The position numbers and the translations under genes are program-made. Positions 10,207 through 20,417 of a stretch of DNA of 64,000 bases are shown piece after piece; positions within the stretch are counted from its first letter, which is position 1, and the number at the start of each line of letters is the position of its first letter. The notes beneath the pieces are model-generated. The model was not told the origin of the DNA, ran no database searches, and saw only the letters and a program-made list of their open reading frames with translations. This DNA comes from an uncultured Candidatus Saccharibacteria bacterium (lineage in GTDB: Bacteria; Patescibacteriota; Minisyncoccia; Phycocordibacterales; UBA9973): contig CAZYIA010000002.1 in the NCBI GenBank assembly GCA_964646765.1, positions 208,735-272,734 on the forward strand, written 5' to 3'.

Positions 10207-10215
10207 TTACAATAG

Positions 10216-12246
<2,031 letters not shown>

Positions 12247-12288
12247 GCGTCTTTTTCTATTTTAGAAATACGTGCTATAAATAGCCTC

Positions 12289-12570
12289 ATGGAACTAAAA
12301 GATATCGACAAGCTCGCCGTTTTAGGACGATTAGATATTCCTCAGGAAGAGAAAGAAACAGTCCTTCGCGATTTAACTGCGATTGTCGGCTACATTGATC
12401 AAATTCAGTCCGTTCCCGTTGATCTGAGCGTTTCGGTTGAACTTCCAGAGCCACGAAATGTCTTTCGTGAAGATACGGATCCAAATGATCCTGGAGCTTG
12501 TACTGATGCGTTGATAAAAAATATGCCGGATCACGATGGTAATTATCTTAAGGTGCCACGAATTTTATAA
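12289..12570 (+). CDS. gatC: Asp/Glu-tRNA amidotransferase subunit C
   Basis: 'DKLAVLGRL', 'NVFRED', 'YLKVPRIL'; directly upstream of gatA. Confidence 0.92.
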   Translation: MELKDIDKLAVLGRLDIPQEEKETVLRDLTAIVGYIDQIQSVPVDLSVSVELPEPRNVFREDTDPNDPGACTDALIKNMPDHDGNYLKVPRIL

Positions 12571-12573
12571 TAT

Positions 12574-14007
12574 ATGATTGATCTTGCAACACTTACCATT
12601 GAAGGTGCGCATGCTTCGCTTTCAAAAAAAGAGTACACCGTACGAGAACTTGTTGATGCCTACCTTGCAGTTATCAAGGAGAAAAATCCGCGTATAAATG
12701 CGTACCTTGAAATCTTTGATGATATTGATGCACAAGTAGAAAAAGCGCAGGCTCGCTTTGATGCTGGAACTGCCTCAATGCTTACAGGAATTCCTTTAGC
12801 TATCAAAGACAACATTTTGATTGGAGGAAAAGAAGTAACTGCTTCATCAAAAATTCTTTCGGGATATCACGCAAGTTATGACGCTACTGCGATTACAAAA
12901 CTAAAAGCTGAGAATGCTATTTTCTTGGGCCGAACTAACATGGATGAATTCGCCATGGGGAGTTCTACTGAAACCTCCGCATATGGTGTAACTCGAAATC
13001 CAAATGATGAGACTCGGGTTCCTGGTGGTTCTTCTGGTGGTTCTGCGGCTGCGGTTGCTATGCATGGAGCGCTTGCAGCACTTGGAAGTGAAACCTGTGG
13101 TTCAATTCGTCAACCATCAGCTTTTTGTGGACTTACGGGTCTCAAGCCAACCTACGGTGCTGTTTCTCGTTATGGCCTTATTGCGATGGGAAACTCGCTC
13201 GATCAGATTGGTCCGATGGCAAAAACAACTGGCGATGTAGAAATCTTATATAATGCCCTTCTTTCCTACGATCCAAAAGATAGTACTTCAGTTCCTATGA
13301 CTCACAGAAAGGGGAAAGAGGGAAAGCCGCAACGTATTGGTGTGCCAGTTGAATGTTTCCAAGGCGAAGGTTTTGATCCTGAGGTGCTCGCAAACTTTAA
13401 GCAGTCTATCGACATGCTTGCCGGTGCTGGATACGAAATTGTTGAATTAACCTTTCCTCTCCTCTCATATTCACTCCCGGTGTACTACATTATTATGCCT
13501 GCTGAAGCTTCAACAAACCTTGCTCGCTTTGATGGTATGCGCTACGGCTACAGAGATAAGAGCGCGAAAGACCTTTTTGATATGTATGCAAAAAGCCGTG
13601 GCCAAGGTTTTGGTAGAGAAGTTCGTCGCCGTATTCTTCTTGGTACGTATATTCTTTCGCATGGTTACTATGATGCTTATTACACTAAGGCTGTAGCCCT
13701 ACGTAATCGTATTGCTAAAGAGATTAAGAAAACATTTGAAACAGTAGATATTATTGCTACACCAACTGCTCCAACCCCACCGTTTAAGCTCGGTGAAAAA
13801 CTCTCTGATCCCGTGGCGATGTACTACTCTGATATTTTCTCAGCACCAGCCAATCTCTCTGGTGCTCCGGCTATTGCTCTTCCTGCAGGCACAACTCGGG
13901 ACGGATTACCTCTCTCAATTCAGCTTACTGCACCACACTGGCGAGAAGATGCGCTCTTTTCTATGGGGCGTCATTTTGAAGAGCTCAGAAAATCACAGAA
14001 AAATTAA
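12574..14007 (+). CDS. gatA: Asp/Glu-tRNA amidotransferase subunit A
   Basis: Amidase signature IKDN, TNMDEFAMGSS, PGGSSGGSAAAV, GSIRQPS, NLARFDG, RRILLGTY. Confidence 0.97.
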   Translation: MIDLATLTIEGAHASLSKKEYTVRELVDAYLAVIKEKNPRINAYLEIFDDIDAQVEKAQARFDAGTASMLTGIPLAIKDNILIGGKEVTASSKILSGYHASYDATAITKLKAENAIFLGRTNMDEFAMGSSTETSAYGVTRNPNDETRVPGGSSGGSAAAVAMHGALAALGSETCGSIRQPSAFCGLTGLKPTYGAVSRYGLIAMGNSLDQIGPMAKTTGDVEILYNALLSYDPKDSTSVPMTHRKGKEGKPQRIGVPVECFQGEGFDPEVLANFKQSIDMLAGAGYEIVELTFPLLSYSLPVYYIIMPAEASTNLARFDGMRYGYRDKSAKDLFDMYAKSRGQGFGREVRRRILLGTYILSHGYYDAYYTKAVALRNRIAKEIKKTFETVDIIATPTAPTPPFKLGEKLSDPVAMYYSDIFSAPANLSGAPAIALPAGTTRDGLPLSIQLTAPHWREDALFSMGRHFEELRKSQKN

Positions 14008-14045
14008 AATACTAGTTAAAAGCATAGTATACTTACGAGAGTACT

Positions 14046-15014
14046 ATGGCAGCACCAGCAGCACCGGCAGGAGAAGAAAAAGCTCCAAATGTATGGGGGA
14101 TCACACTCCCAATCATCTTTGTAATTGCTTTTGTGGCTATTCTTTTATTTGGTGCTCGAAAACCTTTTGAGCCGACATATCTTAACCCTGATTTTTTCTT
14201 TAGTAAGGTTCAATCAATTCTTTTCTCAATTATTAATTACCGTGTTGGGGTTACCCTTAAAATAGTTGTTGCTATTATTTGTTCCTTTTTGATTGGTCTT
14301 AATTTTTATCTCTTTCTTCGAATACGTGAGTATGAAGATGAGCATGCCGATCACGTGTTTCATCATGCCGAAGATGATGAGCGACCAACTGGGATGCTGG
14401 GACACTTAATGAGCGAAGGAAAAGATTTAGTTCGTGATACTGGTGGCGGGGTTCGTTCAGCTGCCAATATATTAGGTGAAACAACTGAAGGTTTATTTAA
14501 CCGTATTATGTTTGGGGCGGATGATGCTGATTTCTTTGATCCTGAACCAGCAGAACCCAAAATTACTCCAAAGAGAGAACGTTCTCAAGTTGAACTTGCT
14601 TCTGAACCTTCAGCAATGCTTCCTGAAACAACACCCCCTGATGCGATAGTAATACCTACTCCAAAGCCGAGAATTGAGACACCAAGGGCAGATCGAGAAG
14701 GGGCTTACAAATGGCGCATGGTTCAAAAACTTATGCAGTCACAGAATCCCTCTGATTGGAAACTCGCCATTATTGAAGCAGACACTCTCCTGGACGTATT
14801 AGTTGAGCGGACAGGTTTCCCTGGAGTAACACTTGGTGAGCGGCTTAAAAATAGTGACCCTGGTGTCTTTCGGACACTTGCCTATGCGCGAGAAGCGCAT
14901 GGAATTCGTAACCGCATTGCGCATGAGGGGATTGAGTTTAAATTAAATGAGCGAGATGCACGACGAACTATTCAACTCTACGAAGCAGTCTTCCAAGAGT
15001 TTGAGTATATATAG
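14046..15014 (+). CDS. Membrane protein with C-terminal helical domain carrying an RxxxxH (HEPN-like) motif
   Basis: Two hydrophobic segments, Pro/Glu-rich linker, then DWKLAIIEAD...TLGERLK...RNRIAH. Confidence 0.6.
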   Translation: MAAPAAPAGEEKAPNVWGITLPIIFVIAFVAILLFGARKPFEPTYLNPDFFFSKVQSILFSIINYRVGVTLKIVVAIICSFLIGLNFYLFLRIREYEDEHADHVFHHAEDDERPTGMLGHLMSEGKDLVRDTGGGVRSAANILGETTEGLFNRIMFGADDADFFDPEPAEPKITPKRERSQVELASEPSAMLPETTPPDAIVIPTPKPRIETPRADREGAYKWRMVQKLMQSQNPSDWKLAIIEADTLLDVLVERTGFPGVTLGERLKNSDPGVFRTLAYAREAHGIRNRIAHEGIEFKLNERDARRTIQLYEAVFQEFEYI

Positions 15015-15078
15015 TTTGCCGAAAAGGCAAAATATGCTATAGTTACTGCCTCAATTCAAAGCTCGCAGGAGCTTTTTG

Positions 15079-15149
15079 CGCGGGGTAGAGAAGAGGTATC
15101 TCGCAAGGCTCATAACCTTGAGACCCCGGTTCAATTCCGGGCCCCGCAA
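15079..15149 (+). tRNA. tRNA-fMet (CAT), initiator
   Basis: Cloverleaf CGCGGGG...CCCCGCA-A with C1:A72 mismatch; anticodon loop CTCATAA; no encoded CCA. Confidence 0.9.
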
Positions 15150-15217
15150 CAATTCGGCACGTGACATGCCAAACTACGTGTTTTCGGGCCGAAGATTGAT
15201 TTTCCGAATCCTTACTT

Positions 15218-15291
15218 GCCGACGTAGCTCAGTTAGTTAGAGCGGGCGTTTCATAAGCGCCAGGTCATAGGTGCAACTCCTATCGTCGGCA
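15218..15291 (+). tRNA. tRNA with CAT anticodon (elongator Met or Ile2)
   Basis: GCCGACG/CGTCGGC acceptor stem; GGCGT-TTCATAA-GCGCC anticodon arm. Confidence 0.88.
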
Positions 15292-15342
15292 CACGCTGTG
15301 CGAATTACAGAAATATGGTAGTATGCACAACGTTATATATAT

Positions 15343-15416
15343 GCGGTCGTAGCTCAGTTGGTTAGAGCGCCCGCCTGTCACGTGGGAGGTCGTGGGTTCA
15401 AATCCCATCGGCCGCG
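15343..15416 (+). tRNA. tRNA-Asp (GTC)
   Basis: GCGGTCG/CGGCCGC acceptor, loop CTGTCAC, T-arm GTGGG-TTCAAAT-CCCAT, discriminator G. Confidence 0.95.
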
Positions 15417-15560
15417 CATAGGAAAAAAGCCCTTTAGGGGGCTTTTTTTGCGGCCGAAGCGAGACACCTGCGTGTCTCGCGTTGGGATTTGAAAGACTTT
15501 TCCGTACGAGCGAAGCGAGGGGGAAAAGTACCTGGCTACGTAGTAGCCAAATCCCATCGG
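15399..15560. mobile_element. Putative tRNA-Asp-associated miniature element bounded by a 13-bp direct repeat of the T-arm
   Basis: CAAATCCCATCGG at 15399-15411 and 15548-15560; interior has a split antisense copy of the tRNA 3' end and several hairpins. Confidence 0.6.
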
Positions 15561-15780
15561 AGTCATGACTTTACGAAATAAAATATCCATGAGAGTGACC
15601 AAATCCCGCATTATTCTACGAGGTAGAAAAGTATCTACCCGTCTAATCACCAAATGCCGTATTCACAAATATCCCTTTTCATCGTTAGTATTTCTGTGCT
15701 CATCCCTGTAAGAAAAAATGTATTGAAAAATATTTTTATGGTACTGTAACGGAGTACAATTAATCAGTTAGGTGACTTTT

Positions 15781-16110
15781 ATGGCACAAGCAAACTTTTT
15801 CTTTTCTGTTTTTCTTTTCGTTCTTGTTGTGGTTCGTGTTGCTCTTTTTTATAAACCAATCCAACTACCCAAAATAAAGGGAAGAGATCTTCACCCGTAT
15901 ATGTTTGGTATCGTCATTATTATTCTCGGTGCTATTCTTGAACACGTAACTTTGTATGGGTTAGGTTTTGCTCTTTTTGTTGAGGAACTACCATGGCTCA
16001 TGCTTCGCCGTAAAAATAGAGTGGATGGATATGCACCAAAAGCTTCTCTGATACTTCTCGGTCTAATTTTAGTTATCTTTCTGTTTAGAAATACTATTGT
16101 CTTTTTCTAA
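15781..16110 (+). CDS. Small integral membrane protein, hypothetical
   Basis: About four hydrophobic segments; 'LHPYMFG', 'GLGFALFVEE'; alternative GTG start at 15772. Confidence 0.65.
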   Translation: MAQANFFFSVFLFVLVVVRVALFYKPIQLPKIKGRDLHPYMFGIVIIILGAILEHVTLYGLGFALFVEELPWLMLRRKNRVDGYAPKASLILLGLILVIFLFRNTIVFF

Positions 16111-16144
16111 ACAAAAAAACCGCCAACAATGGCGGTTTTTTGTT
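16110..16144. terminator. Bidirectional terminator between convergent genes
   Basis: AAAAAAACCGCCA-ACAA-TGGCGGTTTTTT. Confidence 0.8.
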
Positions 16145-16151
16145 GAGTACA

Positions 16152-16616
16152 TTATAGACTTGTTTCGCTTGTGGTAATTTCTCCCTGCGCTTCAGCATTA
16201 GCGGTGGCGGCCTGACCGCATGACTTCATGGTTGTCTTGTAAGTATCCCATGCTTTCTTTTTAGCAGTGCGGAGAGTATCTTGAGCGCTTTTAGCCGCTC
16301 CGTGATATGCCTTCCATGCAGCCTGGCGAGCAGCACGACGTTCTTTGGCGGTTGGTTTTGCCCAAGCATCTTTTAATGCAGTCTGACGAGCGGTGAGCGC
16401 AGTCTTAAGAGATGCGTTAAATGGATCAAGAGCAGCAATAAGAGCAGTTTCACGAGCATCAATGGCTGCATCTATGCATGGCAACTTTACGCTTGCGGTG
16501 ACACTAGTATTAGTTCCGGTTTCTGCAGAAACAATTGCGGGGAGGGCAATACTTGCTCCAGCAAGCAACGCACCTGAAACCGCGAGAGTAGCAAATTTTT
16601 TTACGGCGTATTTCAT
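16152..16616 (-). CDS. Secreted alanine/lysine-rich helical protein, hypothetical
   Basis: Signal peptide (…PAIVSA|E); helical mature region with two Cys. Confidence 0.75.
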   Translation of the reverse strand: MKYAVKKFATLAVSGALLAGASIALPAIVSAETGTNTSVTASVKLPCIDAAIDARETALIAALDPFNASLKTALTARQTALKDAWAKPTAKERRAARQAAWKAYHGAAKSAQDTLRTAKKKAWDTYKTTMKSCGQAATANAEAQGEITTSETSL

Positions 16617-16759
16617 GATTCTAAGTCGTTATGGATAAGGAAAGGAGAATCTTATACCGCTTCTCTCGGTAGAAGACCTCACAAAAAGGATACTGCGATT
16701 GAAAAAAAGAGGCAAATCAGATAGTATGGTGCTGTCCTAAGGCTTTTTAGTCATTACAA

Positions 16760-16832
16760 GCCAATGTAGCTCAGTTGGTAGAGCACCCCCATGGTAAGGG
16801 GGAGGTCATCGGTTCAATCCCGATCATTGGCT
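16760..16832 (+). tRNA. tRNA-Thr (GGT)
   Basis: GCCAATG/CATTGGC acceptor, CCCCC-ATGGTAA-GGGGG anticodon arm, T-arm ATCGG-TTCAATC-CCGAT. Confidence 0.95.
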
Positions 16833-17002
16833 CAAGGTCTCAAAGAGACCGAGCCAATGAAGCACATGAACTGCTTCATGTGCGTTCGGTGATTGAAAGC
16901 CGCAGCTATGTCGCAACGCGGCAAGCGAGGCGGGGCCGACAGTACTTAGTCCGCACAGCTTTAGAAGCGAGCAGACTTAGTAACTGGTAGCCAATCCCGA
17001 TC
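16815..17002. mobile_element. Putative tRNA-Thr-associated miniature element, same architecture as the tRNA-Asp one
   Basis: CAATCCCGATC at 16815-16825 and 16992-17002; split antisense copy of the tRNA 3' end with a 25-nt CTGC-loop hairpin. Confidence 0.6.
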
Positions 17003-17018
17003 CTGTAGATTTTGTTTC

Positions 17019-17091
17019 GCCACCCTAGCTCAGTTGGTAGAGCGGTCCCTTCGTAAGGGATAGGTCCCCGGTTCAATCCCGGGGGGTGGCT
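17019..17091 (+). tRNA. tRNA-Thr (CGT)
   Basis: GCCACCC/GGGTGGC acceptor, GTCCC-TTCGTAA-GGGAT anticodon arm. Confidence 0.95.
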
Positions 17092-17098
17092 CAGGTAA

Positions 17099-17821
17099 TT
17101 ATCTCGGATGGTTTACATCCCCGTTATCTTTTCTTGGGAATATGGCGTGCTTTGCGTACGCCTTGAGTGTTTTACCAATACCATTCTTAAGCAGTCGTCT
17201 ACTTGAAGAAGGTACAGTAATTTTTGCTGCGTAACGAACGTTCCCAACTTTCGAAAGTCGGTTTGCCGTATCAGTATCATCGCCATGAAAAGGAATTGAA
17301 GTATCGAATCCTCCAATTTCTTCGAGAGCTTTGCGTTTAATAATGGCATTACCGCCAACCATAATACCTCGGTCAACAATTTTAAGGAGCGCAGCAGCTG
17401 TTGGAATAAGTATGTACGTATAGAGATCGTTTACTGGCTTACCCCACCAAAATGGTTTTGGGGTGTAATCATATGAACCGGTTACTGCCACTGTATCTTC
17501 GTTTGCATTTAATACAGCGAGAGCAACTGAAAGCCAATCTGGTGGAGGGGTGCAGTCAGCGTCGAGAGTGGCGATGACATCTCCTTTTGAAGCTAGAAAA
17601 CCAGCTTGGCGGGCTGCGTTGGGGCCTTTTTTCTCTAGATAAGTAATGACCGTAACATTTTTAAACTTTTTCGCTATGGCCACAGTTTTATCAGTGCTGC
17701 CATTATCAACAACAATAATTTCAAATGGTTGAATCTTTAATAGACCAAGTGCCTTGAGTGTTTTTGGTAAGTATTTTTCCTCATTGTAGGCCGGAATAAT
17801 AATAGAAACTCGGTCGCGCAT
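17099..17821 (-). CDS. Glycosyltransferase family 2
   Basis: SIIIPAYNEE, VVDNGSTD, LDAD, GGFD...GDD. Confidence 0.92.
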   Translation of the reverse strand: MRDRVSIIIPAYNEEKYLPKTLKALGLLKIQPFEIIVVDNGSTDKTVAIAKKFKNVTVITYLEKKGPNAARQAGFLASKGDVIATLDADCTPPPDWLSVALAVLNANEDTVAVTGSYDYTPKPFWWGKPVNDLYTYILIPTAAALLKIVDRGIMVGGNAIIKRKALEEIGGFDTSIPFHGDDTDTANRLSKVGNVRYAAKITVPSSSRRLLKNGIGKTLKAYAKHAIFPRKDNGDVNHPR

Positions 17822-17883
17822 AAATATACAGAAAGTATAGCATCAAGAATATAAATGGCTACGATTTGCTATAATCGCCCGAG

Positions 17884-18759
17884 ATGGAAAAAGAAGCCAT
17901 AGAAAAGCGTATTGCCGAAATTGATGTCGCCCAAGCCGGAGCTGATTTTTGGACTGACAAAGCAAAAGCCCAAGGAATGATTAAAGAGCGACAGGAACTT
18001 CAAGCCAAACTGGAAGGCGCTGGTATTTTCGATAAGGGAGCGGCAATTCTCACTATACTCGCAGGTGCAGGAGGGGATGATGCCGAAGATTTTGTTCGAA
18101 TGCTTTATGAAATGTATGCAAAATACTCTGATAAGCGCGGATGGAATTACTCTCTGATTCATGAACACTCAAATGACCACGGTGGGTATCGAAACATTTC
18201 CATAGAAATCAGCGGCAAAAACGTGTACGGTGATTTAAAACACGAATCTGGCGTGCATCGTTTGGTGCGACTTTCACCGTTTAATTCGAAAGCAAAACGT
18301 AACACCAGTTTCGCGCTTGTTGAAGTCATTCCAAAGATCAATAAAACCGATATGCCTGAACTAAAAGAAGGGGATGTGGAGTTTGAAACTTCGAAAGCCG
18401 GCGGCCCAGGAGGACAGAATGTGAATAAACGCGAGACAGCGGTGCGACTCACGCATAAACCAACAGGTATTACGGTTTCAGTTCGTGAAGAACGATCTCA
18501 AGAACAGAATCGTGAACGGGCGATGGAAATTTTGCGCGGTAAACTCTACGCGAAGGCTGAAGCGGAACGCAAAGAACTCTCAGAGAGCATGCAAATTGCT
18601 GGCCGCACAGAAATTGAATGGGGAAATCAAATTAGAAACTATGTCCTTCACCCTTATAAACTAGTGAAAGATCTTCGCTCAGGTGTTGAAAGCTCAAATC
18701 CAGACGATATTTTAAGCGGAAATCTCGAGGCTTTTATTGAGGGGAATAAGAAGGTATAA
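17884..18759 (+). CDS. prfB: Peptide chain release factor 2 (compact form)
   Basis: SPF peptide anticodon (VRLSPFN), [18 protein letters not shown]. Confidence 0.92.
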   Translation: MEKEAIEKRIAEIDVAQAGADFWTDKAKAQGMIKERQELQAKLEGAGIFDKGAAILTILAGAGGDDAEDFVRMLYEMYAKYSDKRGWNYSLIHEHSNDHGGYRNISIEISGKNVYGDLKHESGVHRLVRLSPFNSKAKRNTSFALVEVIPKINKTDMPELKEGDVEFETSKAGGPGGQNVNKRETAVRLTHKPTGITVSVREERSQEQNRERAMEILRGKLYAKAEAERKELSESMQIAGRTEIEWGNQIRNYVLHPYKLVKDLRSGVESSNPDDILSGNLEAFIEGNKKV

Positions 18760-18802
18760 TAGCCCGTGTTTACTGTAGTGCTTTTTGCAGTGACCATTAC
18801 GC

Positions 18803-19486
18803 ATGATTTATTTTACTAATGTTTCCAAAGTGTATCCAGGCAACTCAGTGTCGCTTGATACCATAAACCTGACTATTAACCGAGGGGAGTTTGTTTCAAT
18901 CGTTGGGCATTCTGGCGCTGGTAAAACCTCCCTTGTAAAACTACTCTTAGCTGAAGAGTATCCCACTGAAGGTACCGTTTTTTATGAATCTCAGGATATT
19001 CATAAGCTCTCTCTGAATGAACTAACTAAACTACGCCGTAAAATTGGAGTAGTGTTTCAAGATTTTCGTCTCCTGCCACAAAAAACAGCTTACGAAAATA
19101 TTGCTTTTGCTATGGAGGCAGCTGGGAAAACTGATGAGGAAATTCGAGCCGATGTGCCGCATGTACTCGACCTCGTTGATCTTGGTTCTCGCATGATGCA
19201 TTTCCCTAATCAACTCTCTGGCGGTGAAAAACAGCGCTTAGCTATTGCTCGCGCGATCATTAACCAGCCAGAAGTTATTCTTGCTGACGAGCCAACTGGG
19301 AACCTCGATCCGATCAATACTTATGAAGTCGTTCAGATTTTGAAGAAAATTAATGATCTCGGTACAACAGTTGTACTTACGACGCATAATCGAGGAGTTA
19401 TTGAATCTGTGGGTCGCCGTGTGATTACCCTCGACAAGGGCAAGATCGTGCGCGATGATAAGGAAGGTAAGTACATGATTTCATAA
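18803..19486 (+). CDS. ftsE: Cell division ATP-binding protein FtsE
   Basis: [34 protein letters not shown]; followed by ftsX. Confidence 0.95.
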   Translation: MIYFTNVSKVYPGNSVSLDTINLTINRGEFVSIVGHSGAGKTSLVKLLLAEEYPTEGTVFYESQDIHKLSLNELTKLRRKIGVVFQDFRLLPQKTAYENIAFAMEAAGKTDEEIRADVPHVLDLVDLGSRMMHFPNQLSGGEKQRLAIARAIINQPEVILADEPTGNLDPINTYEVVQILKKINDLGTTVVLTTHNRGVIESVGRRVITLDKGKIVRDDKEGKYMIS

Positions 19487-19488
19487 CT

Positions 19489-20409
19489 ATGACCATACTT
19501 GATTTAAAACGCATCATTCGCTCGGGTACTACAAACTTCCGCCGAAACGGGATTGTTTCTATTGCTTCGTCGCTTGTGATGACTATTACGCTTTCAGTTA
19601 TTACAGGTCTTATTCTTCTCTCCGCAGTCCTTCACGCTTCTATTGTTACTATTCAGAATAAGGTGGATGTGGTGGTGTACTTCACAACCAATGCCACTGA
19701 GGATAAAATTTTCACTATTAAAGGTGCACTTGAAAAACTACCTGAAGTTTCGCGTATTACGTACGTCACTGCTGATGAAGCTCTCGCTAACTTCCGCGAA
19801 AAGTATAAAAATGACTACCTTACCATTCAAGCTCTCGACGAGCTCGGGGCAAATCCGCTTGGTGCTCGCTTAGAAGTGAAAGCTAAGGAGCCATCACAGT
19901 ACGAAAGCATTGTTAAACTTCTTGAAAGTAACGCCTCACTTGGCGATGCAACGAGCGCTATAGATAAAATTAACTACTATCAGAACAAAGAAGTAATTGA
20001 TTCTCTTAATCGTATTGCTAGTGGAGCAAAAACACTCGGTTTTGCGATTACCTTGGTGCTTATTCTTATTACGATTGCCATTACCTTTAATACCGTTCGT
20101 CTCACGATGCACTTTGCCCGAGAAGAAATTGGGGTTATGCGTTTAGTGGGAGCAGAAAATCGTTACATTCGAGGACCATTTATGGTAGAGGGTATTATCT
20201 ATGGCTTAATTGGTACGCTCATCAGTCTTATTATTTATTTCCCAACTACGTACTATATTGGCAAGAACATGACTGAATTCCTGGGGGTAAACCTCTGGAA
20301 TTACTACCTCGACAATATTCTCCAAATTGGTACTATAGCTCTTGTCTCGGGGGCACTTCTTGGAGCGATCTCAGCGGGTATTGCAATCCGTAAGTATCTT
20401 CGAAAATAA
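19489..20409 (+). CDS. ftsX: Cell division permease FtsX
   Basis: N-terminal TM, extracellular domain, 'NTVRL...REEIGVMRLVGA...IRGPFMVEG'. Confidence 0.93.
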   Translation: MTILDLKRIIRSGTTNFRRNGIVSIASSLVMTITLSVITGLILLSAVLHASIVTIQNKVDVVVYFTTNATEDKIFTIKGALEKLPEVSRITYVTADEALANFREKYKNDYLTIQALDELGANPLGARLEVKAKEPSQYESIVKLLESNASLGDATSAIDKINYYQNKEVIDSLNRIASGAKTLGFAITLVLILITIAITFNTVRLTMHFAREEIGVMRLVGAENRYIRGPFMVEGIIYGLIGTLISLIIYFPTTYYIGKNMTEFLGVNLWNYYLDNILQIGTIALVSGALLGAISAGIAIRKYLRK

Positions 20410-20417
20410 TTTTAAGT

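Noticed and set aside
15150-15217. Possible third mini-element between the two CAT tRNAs (TTCGGC...GCCGAA stem)
   Set aside because: Lacks the antisense tRNA copy, the CTGC-loop hairpin and the T-arm duplication
15378-15653. 91-aa minus-strand ORF ending 'RGRWDLNPRPPT'
   Set aside because: Antisense read-through of tRNA-Asp and its downstream element; a classic spurious tRNA-shadow ORF
16775-16990. 71-aa ORF over tRNA-Thr
   Set aside because: Overlaps the tRNA gene and the structured non-coding element
15050-17100. Possible CRISPR array among the short repeats in the tRNA region
   Set aside because: The repeats are tRNA-derived pairs, not a regularly spaced repeat-spacer series; no cas genes in the window
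17822-17883. Upstream exon of a frameshifted prfB
   Set aside because: No CTT-TGA slippery site or suitable upstream frame; the gap holds promoter-like boxes
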